Positions 15,275-21,096 of a stretch of DNA of 21,096 nt are shown piece by piece. Position 1 is the first letter of the stretch; each line of letters starts with the position of its first letter. The position numbers and the translations under genes are program-made. The notes under the pieces were generated by a model. The model had not been told where the DNA came from, made no database searches, and saw nothing but the letters and a program-made list of their open reading frames with translations. The DNA comes from Candidatus Micrarchaeia archaeon. Lineage in GTDB: Archaea; Micrarchaeota; Micrarchaeia; Anstonellales; J096. The stretch covers positions 1 through 21,096 of the forward strand of contig JBGQMB010000018.1 in NCBI GenBank assembly GCA_041500405.1, in the 5' to 3' direction.

Positions 15275-18200
15275 ATGAAGGGCTATGTATACGCAACCAA
15301 GATGTTCAGCGTTGCGTTTGTAGCGTTGGTGCTGTTGCTAGCAGGGCTTAGCTTAACTTCAGCCAATGGCGGAACCTCAATCCTTGATGAAATAAACGCC
15401 TCGCTCTCCAACGCGACGGAATGCCAGGACGGCTCGATGTGCCTGCTCAACGGCTCTATGCTGAACGAGAGCGTTCCGCAAAATGATACGGAGATTCCGG
15501 CAAACGAGACTCCGATTTTGTCTGTCAACGAAACCTGGCTATGGCTGGATGTGGACGGCGAAACCGCCAACGAGACTGCTGCAAATGGCACAGAGTCCAA
15601 CACCCCTGGGCTGAACGAAACAATCTTGAACGAAACCGCTGTTGAAAACGAAACCCTTGCCCCAGAGCCGCCAACAATGGAAACATGGCTGGACTCCAAG
15701 CCGCCTATAAACGGCTCCTTCAAGGACATTTCCGCAAAGCGCATAAAAGCCAGCGGGAAGACCAAGCTGTCTTCAGGAGGATACAAGTCCGAAATCGACA
15801 CATCCGCATACGACATGCTGGCAAAGAACAGGACCGTGCGCATAATCGTGAAAGCGGACAAGATGGAGCTGCACAGCAAAAACATGACAGAGTTGGGTTC
15901 CATCGATGGCAGGGGCCTGCAAGTGCTTGAGATGAACCAGAAATGGCTCGCAACCCTTGTGCAGTCCGGCGCAACAAAGATTTACCTTGACACGGAGATG
16001 TCCCTTTCGCTTGATGAAAGCATCCCGCTGATAAGGGCGGATGCGGCAAAGGACTCTTTCGGCGTTTCGGGAAGCGGCATCGCAATCTGTTTGCTGGACA
16101 CTGGCGTGGACTACAGCGACGAACAATTTGAGGGCACTGCTGCAAGCGGATACGACTTCATAAACAACGACACAGACGCCATGGACGACAACGGCCACGG
16201 CACGCTGATGGCATCGGCGATACACAGGATTGCGCCAGGCGCAACGATTATCGCAGTGAAGGTGCTTGACAGCTCAGGCCACGGCTACGCCTCTGATGTA
16301 ATCTCCGGCATAGACTTTTGCAGGGAAGTTGCGGCAAACAACGACATAACAGGGGACAAAATCAAAATCATCTCAATGAGCTTCGGCGGCGGGAATTTCA
16401 CAGGATACTGCGACTCAAGCCCAATTGCAGCAGCAATCCAGGATGCATATGACGCCGGCATCCTTTCGGTCGCATCTTCGGGCAACGGCGGATTGGATGC
16501 GATAACGATGCCTGCGTGCGCAGCAAGCGCAACAGCGGTCGCGTCAACGAACAAGTCAGACGCGATATCCTCTTTCTCAAATATAAACCCGATGGTGGAC
16601 CTGCTTGCGCCGGGCGAGGAGATAATTGCGCAGGGGCTTGGCGGCGCGCAAACGGTTTCAGGAACCTCAATGAGCGCAGCGCACGTCTCAGGGGCAGCGG
16701 CATTGCTGTTTGAGACGGATGGCGACATGGCTCCTTTTGACGCAGAGGAAAGGTTCAGGGCAACAGGCATACTTGTCCAGCAGGGCAGCGTATCCTACCC
16801 GCGCATAGACGCGCTCAATGCCCTTATGAACAATCTTACTGGCATACCAGAAACGCCGGCAGTGAACGAAACAAACGAGACGTACGAGGGAGGGTTCGAG
16901 ACGGCGGCATGGGCCGACGCAACGTTCGACAGGTGCAAGAACATAACCGTATGGAACACGGGAGCTACGGTGCTGACAAACTTTCCTGCGCTTGTCAACC
17001 TCACCTATGACAGCGACATGATGGCGGATTATTCAGACCTGCGCTTCTACAACACGTCATGCGGTGGCGACCCCGCCAGCAAGCTTGACTATGAAATAGA
17101 AAACTACACGGCGTCAAACGCATTGATTTGGGTTCGTGTCCCGTCAATCGCAGTCGGCAACATAACCAACATATCGGTCTATTACAAGAACAACACGGCA
17201 CACAACGGAGAGCAGAACAAAACAGGCGTGTGGAACGTGAACTATGTCGGCGTATGGCATTTGCAGGAACAGCCAAATGCCACTGCACCGCAAATGAAGG
17301 ACAGCACCGCCAACACCAACGACTGCACAACGGCAGGCTCAATGACAGGCGCACAGCAGGTCGCGGGGAAGGTTGACGGAAGCCTGAACTTCTTGGGAAC
17401 AGATGATACCGCAAACTGCGGAAATGACGCAGAACTGCGCATATTGGGGAACCTGACTGTTGAGGCTTGGGCAAAGCCGAGTGCCAATGCAACAACAATA
17501 GGCATTTTTACAAAGATGAACGCCACAAGCCCATATACCGGCTGGCAGTTGAGGAGGCAGAGCAACAATACATTCGCCTTTGTCACGACAAACACCACAG
17601 CCGACACCATATTCAGCAACCTGACATATACTGATAATAACTGGCATCATATCGTAGGAACGCTGGCAGGAACGCAGAAATTCCTGTTTGTTGATGGAGT
17701 AAGACAATTGTCAAATAGCACATCGCAAGGCATGGTTTCAAACTTTGAGAACGTTACGATAGGCAGGAGATATGCAGACGGAACAGGCTGGTGGACTGGC
17801 GGGATTGACGAGGTTCGCATCTCCAACACCACAAGGACGCCTGAATGGATTAACATGACCTATTCCATGATGGCGACAAACAATGGACGGCTTTCGTTTG
17901 GCGCTGAACAAAACCAGCCGACGATAGACACAGCCAGCCCGGCGATAGAATTCGCAACGCCCACTGACAACTCCAGCACGACTGTGAACAGGGCATTCAT
18001 CCAAACCAACGTTTCTGCCGAAGATTCCGGCGCAGGGCTCAAGAACATAACCATCTACCTCCACAATGCCACAGGCGCGCTGATTAACTCCAGCACAAGC
18101 GCAACAAGCCCGCTCTTCGCCAACTTCAGCGTGTCGGCGGCTGGCACATACTACTTCAACGCAACGGCCTATGACAACGCAGGCAACCTCAACAAGACCG

Positions 18201-21096
18201 AAACAAGAAATATCACGATAGCACCCGCGGCTTCGCCAACAGTGGCGCTGGTTTCGCCGCATGGCAACTACACCAACACAGATGGGAATGTCTCGTTCAT
18301 ATTCAACGTTTCCTCATCCCAAAACATCCTGAACTGCACGCTGATAATCAACAGCACGGTGAACCAGACCATTGCGGATGTTGCCAGGGGCCAGAACCAG
18401 GCATTCAATCTCACGGGCCTTGAGGCAGGCTGCCTGGACTGGGGCGTAAACTGCATGGATGGCCTTGGGAACAGCGGCGCCTCGGAAACAAGGCGCCTGG
18501 ACCTGGTGCTGGCCACGGAGTTCAGCGGCGAGTCCACAAACCTGTCGCAGGTTCCGGATTTGTCCAGCATAGCCAACCTAACGCTGGAGAAGCCCTTGAT
18601 TGCCAAACTGGAGTTCCAGGAACAGGTAGACCTGAGCTGCGGGGCGGACCTTGACGCCGCCGTAAAAATCGCGCCTGCATCGATTTCCGTAAACTCGACC
18701 AAGGAGCCCAGGCTCAACAAGAAGGCGCGCCTGTATTTTTTCAATCTTCCATACGCGCAGACGCCCATACTGCTGAAGGACGGCGCGCCGTGCGAGGACT
18801 GCACCATAATGTCCTATATAAACAGCACTCTCAAAGCGAACGTGACTCACTTCACAAACTACACAACCGGCGCAAACAGCAACCTCACAATATGGGACGA
18901 GACTGACGGTTTGGGCGGCTCGCAGACAAGATACGCCGGAAACCAAACCCGCTTCTTTGCGAACTACAGCAACAGGACAAGCAATGCGCCGATAAATGGC
19001 AGCGGAATAGGCTGCAGCATCGCATTTTCCGATTCAGGCAGCAACATGCCATACAATGCGACCTCAAAGCTTTACGAGTACAACAGGAGCTTCGGCTCCC
19101 CGGGCGCATATGCGTGGAACGTGACATGCAACGGCTCTTCCCTGGGCTACGAGGTTCTGAACGCCACGGACACGGTTTCGGTTTCCGCGCCAGGCACTGT
19201 GCAATACAACTTCAGCCAGGGCGGCGCGGCAAACAAGGCATACCAGGGCAACACCTCGGGCGCCCTGCCGCCGGCATCAGGGCCGGCCGTACTGAACGAG
19301 ACTGAGTTCAACGCCACCCATTATGCCCAGATAAACAGCTCAGACAGCTCCTTTGTGCTGACTACATCGTCATCAGGCTACAGGACGCAGCGGTTCCTTT
19401 TCAACATAACCCAGGACAGGGCTTCCCTGCTCCAGATAAACATAACCTGGAAAGGCAACAGCAGCGGCAATACTGCCAGCAGGTGGGTCAGCATATACGC
19501 GTGGAACTTCACAAGCAGCAGCTGGGGCAGCCCCCTTTTCAGGTACAACCCGAGCGCCAGCACATTGTTCAATGTATCGCTCAATTCCGGGTTCAGCGAC
19601 TACGTGAACGGCTCGGGCGCGTTCACGTTCATTGCAGAGGGCGAATCCGCGACCGCGCTGACGCTTGCAGGCGACTATGCGGCGCTGACGGTCTATTACG
19701 ATTCCGTTGCCCCAACCGCGGCGCCGGCAAGCCCTGCCGACGGAAACATTACAGCAATTGACGAGGCTGATTTCGTCTGCAACGCAACTGACGACGCCAG
19801 CCTGAAAAACGTGACGCTATATTGGAATTATTCAGGGGCCTGGCAGGCTAACGCAACAGCCAGCATAACCGGCATATCCAACTCAAGCACATTCTCAAAG
19901 TCCCAACTTGCCAACGGCGCCATCTCATGGAACTGCTATGCATGCGACAACTCCGGCAAGTGCTCATTTGCGGAATTCAACTCCACCGTTATCGTGAACT
20001 CCTCAACAAGCACGATTTTCTTCGACGGCTTCGAGTCAGGGAACCTGGACCAGTGGAATAGGACTGCTGTATCAGGCGCGAACAACTGGACCGTGCTTAC
20101 GACAAGCCCCTACAAAGGGACATACCACGCGCAGTCCAACCCGGTAAGCACGTCCAACCCGGCAAGCATAATGGACATCAACATAAGCACGTCCGGATAC
20201 AACAACATAACATTCAGCTATTACAGGTGGCTCGTGCTCGGCACCGCGCTCAAGAACTTCACAGTGAAATGGTACGACGGCGCAAGCTGGAATACCCTGG
20301 AATCAACGGTCAATGTTGACGAGGCAAACTACACCTACAAAACGTTTGCCCTTCCTGCATCCGCAAGCAAAAACCAGAACCTCCGCATCAGGTTCGAGTG
20401 CACGTCAGGCGCGACCGGGGACTTCTGCAGGCTTGACAACGTCAAGGTCACTGGCATCGCGGTTTCCACGGTTCCGATTGTAAATTCCGTGTCAGTTTCC
20501 CCGGACCCGGTCGCTGCCAGCAGCGGGACAAAGATAACCGCGAACGCGACAGACGACATAAACATCTCTTCAGTCATATTGGAGATTATGGACACCAACT
20601 ACAGCATGGCCCAGCAGTCGCCCATAGGCGGCAGCTATGCGAACCTGTTTGAGGACGGCTTTGAGTCAGGGAGCGTGGCCTCCAACTGGGCCATGAACGG
20701 CACAAAATACTGGTCTGCCTCCTCTGCAAGCGGAGGCTATTCGGCCCAGATACAGCAAAGCGGCGCAGGGGAGCCTAGCTCGATAGAGGCAAGCATAAGC
20801 ACAGCAGGGTACCAGGACATCACAATCAGCTACCGCAAGCAATTGGTCGGCCTGGACGCCGCTGATGCGTTCACGGCGGAGTGGTACAACGGCTCTGTCT
20901 GGACGACGATTGAGGATAAGGGAAGCGGCTCTGAAGACGACGCAGACTTCATCTATGCCAATTTCTCGCTTCCTGCAGGCGCCAGCAACACCGCTTCATT
21001 CAAGATAAGGTTCACGTGCGAATGCGGCGCAGTGACCGAATACTGCAGGATAGACGACGTCGATGTCGGCGGGTCGCACCTCTCGGGCTCAACAGA
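15275..21096 (+). CDS. Giant secreted multidomain S8 (subtilisin-like) peptidase / surface glycoprotein, >1940 aa, 3'-truncated by the window edge
   Basis: Absent from the ORF track because it has no stop in the window. Manual translation gives a signal peptide (MKGYVYATKMFSVAFVALVLLLAGLSLTSA) and the triad D (LLDTGVD, 16097), H (DNGHGT, 16196), S (SGTSMSAAHVSGAAALL, 16667) plus the oxyanion SSGN. Then a DUF2341-like segment (SDLRFY..LDYEIE..IWVRVP), a LamG/ConA-like domain (WHHIVGT..LFVDG..GGIDEVRISN), several Ig-like beta modules and two F-x-D-G-F-E-S-G modules. Confidence 0.9.
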   Translation, partial: MKGYVYATKMFSVAFVALVLLLAGLSLTSANGGTSILDEINASLSNATECQDGSMCLLNGSMLNESVPQNDTEIPANETPILSVNETWLWLDVDGETANETAANGTESNTPGLNETILNETAVENETLAPEPPTMETWLDSKPPINGSFKDISAKRIKASGKTKLSSGGYKSEIDTSAYDMLAKNRTVRIIVKADKMELHSKNMTELGSIDGRGLQVLEMNQKWLATLVQSGATKIYLDTEMSLSLDESIPLIRADAAKDSFGVSGSGIAICLLDTGVDYSDEQFEGTAASGYDFINNDTDAMDDNGHGTLMASAIHRIAPGATIIAVKVLDSSGHGYASDVISGIDFCREVAANNDITGDKIKIISMSFGGGNFTGYCDSSPIAAAIQDAYDAGILSVASSGNGGLDAITMPACAASATAVASTNKSDAISSFSNINPMVDLLAPGEEIIAQGLGGAQTVSGTSMSAAHVSGAAALLFETDGDMAPFDAEERFRATGILVQQGSVSYPRIDALNALMNNLTGIPETPAVNETNETYEGGFETAAWADATFDRCKNITVWNTGATVLTNFPALVNLTYDSDMMADYSDLRFYNTSCGGDPASKLDYEIENYTASNALIWVRVPSIAVGNITNISVYYKNNTAHNGEQNKTGVWNVNYVGVWHLQEQPNATAPQMKDSTANTNDCTTAGSMTGAQQVAGKVDGSLNFLGTDDTANCGNDAELRILGNLTVEAWAKPSANATTIGIFTKMNATSPYTGWQLRRQSNNTFAFVTTNTTADTIFSNLTYTDNNWHHIVGTLAGTQKFLFVDGVRQLSNSTSQGMVSNFENVTIGRRYADGTGWWTGGIDEVRISNTTRTPEWINMTYSMMATNNGRLSFGAEQNQPTIDTASPAIEFATPTDNSSTTVNRAFIQTNVSAEDSGAGLKNITIYLHNATGALINSSTSATSPLFANFSVSAAGTYYFNATAYDNAGNLNKTETRNITIAPAASPTVALVSPHGNYTNTDGNVSFIFNVSSSQNILNCTLIINSTVNQTIADVARGQNQAFNLTGLEAGCLDWGVNCMDGLGNSGASETRRLDLVLATEFSGESTNLSQVPDLSSIANLTLEKPLIAKLEFQEQVDLSCGADLDAAVKIAPASISVNSTKEPRLNKKARLYFFNLPYAQTPILLKDGAPCEDCTIMSYINSTLKANVTHFTNYTTGANSNLTIWDETDGLGGSQTRYAGNQTRFFANYSNRTSNAPINGSGIGCSIAFSDSGSNMPYNATSKLYEYNRSFGSPGAYAWNVTCNGSSLGYEVLNATDTVSVSAPGTVQYNFSQGGAANKAYQGNTSGALPPASGPAVLNETEFNATHYAQINSSDSSFVLTTSSSGYRTQRFLFNITQDRASLLQINITWKGNSSGNTASRWVSIYAWNFTSSSWGSPLFRYNPSASTLFNVSLNSGFSDYVNGSGAFTFIAEGESATALTLAGDYAALTVYYDSVAPTAAPASPADGNITAIDEADFVCNATDDASLKNVTLYWNYSGAWQANATASITGISNSSTFSKSQLANGAISWNCYACDNSGKCSFAEFNSTVIVNSSTSTIFFDGFESGNLDQWNRTAVSGANNWTVLTTSPYKGTYHAQSNPVSTSNPASIMDINISTSGYNNITFSYYRWLVLGTALKNFTVKWYDGASWNTLESTVNVDEANYTYKTFALPASASKNQNLRIRFECTSGATGDFCRLDNVKVTGIAVSTVPIVNSVSVSPDPVAASSGTKITANATDDINISSVILEIMDTNYSMAQQSPIGGSYANLFEDGFESGSVASNWAMNGTKYWSASSASGGYSAQIQQSGAGEPSSIEASISTAGYQDITISYRKQLVGLDAADAFTAEWYNGSVWTTIEDKGSGSEDDADFIYANFSLPAGASNTASFKIRFTCECGAVTEYCRIDDVDVGGSHLSGST
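20015..21070 (+). repeat. Internal duplication of a ~145-aa beta-sandwich module in the giant protein
   Basis: Copy 1 (~20015-20455): IFFDGFESG..ISTSGYNNITFSY..WYDGASW..FALPASAS..IRFECT..FCRLDNV. Copy 2 (~20645-21070): LFEDGFESG..ISTAGYQDITISY..WYNGSVW..FSLPAGAS..IRFTCE..YCRIDDV. Confidence 0.8.

Noticed and set aside
20015..21070. Duplicated modules of the giant protein as a second TR/VR pair or DGR target
   Set aside because: Differences are not restricted to adenines, include indels, and there is no similarity to the TR. This is an ordinary domain duplication.

Overview
Archaeal chromosomal window, most likely DPANN (Micrarchaeota-like). This is inferred from a three-unit epsilon2-type tRNA splicing endonuclease, Alba, a tandem-HTH Lrp and TATA boxes about 25 nt upstream of start codons. 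Housekeeping and repair genes are glyA, a metallophosphoesterase, Lhr helicase, Alba, an AlkD-like protein, endA and a DRG GTPase. The main feature is a diversity-generating retroelement (DGR) at about 11149-13344. It has a target gene with an internal 87-nt variable region (VR, 11706-11792), a GAA-triloop hairpin inside the coding sequence, a structured non-coding leader, an 87-nt template region (TR, 12154-12240) and a DGR-type reverse transcriptase. All 20 VR/TR mismatches fall at TR adenines. No avd accessory gene is present in the cassette. An RHH/RelE toxin-antitoxin pair follows the RT. The window also holds an unannotated 51-aa orphan antitoxin-like gene, an Lrp-associated glycine/sarcosine methyltransferase-like gene, and the first ~1940 codons of a giant secreted subtilase surface protein that the ORF track missed because it runs off the window. 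All calls come from reading the sequence by eye; no database searches were run.
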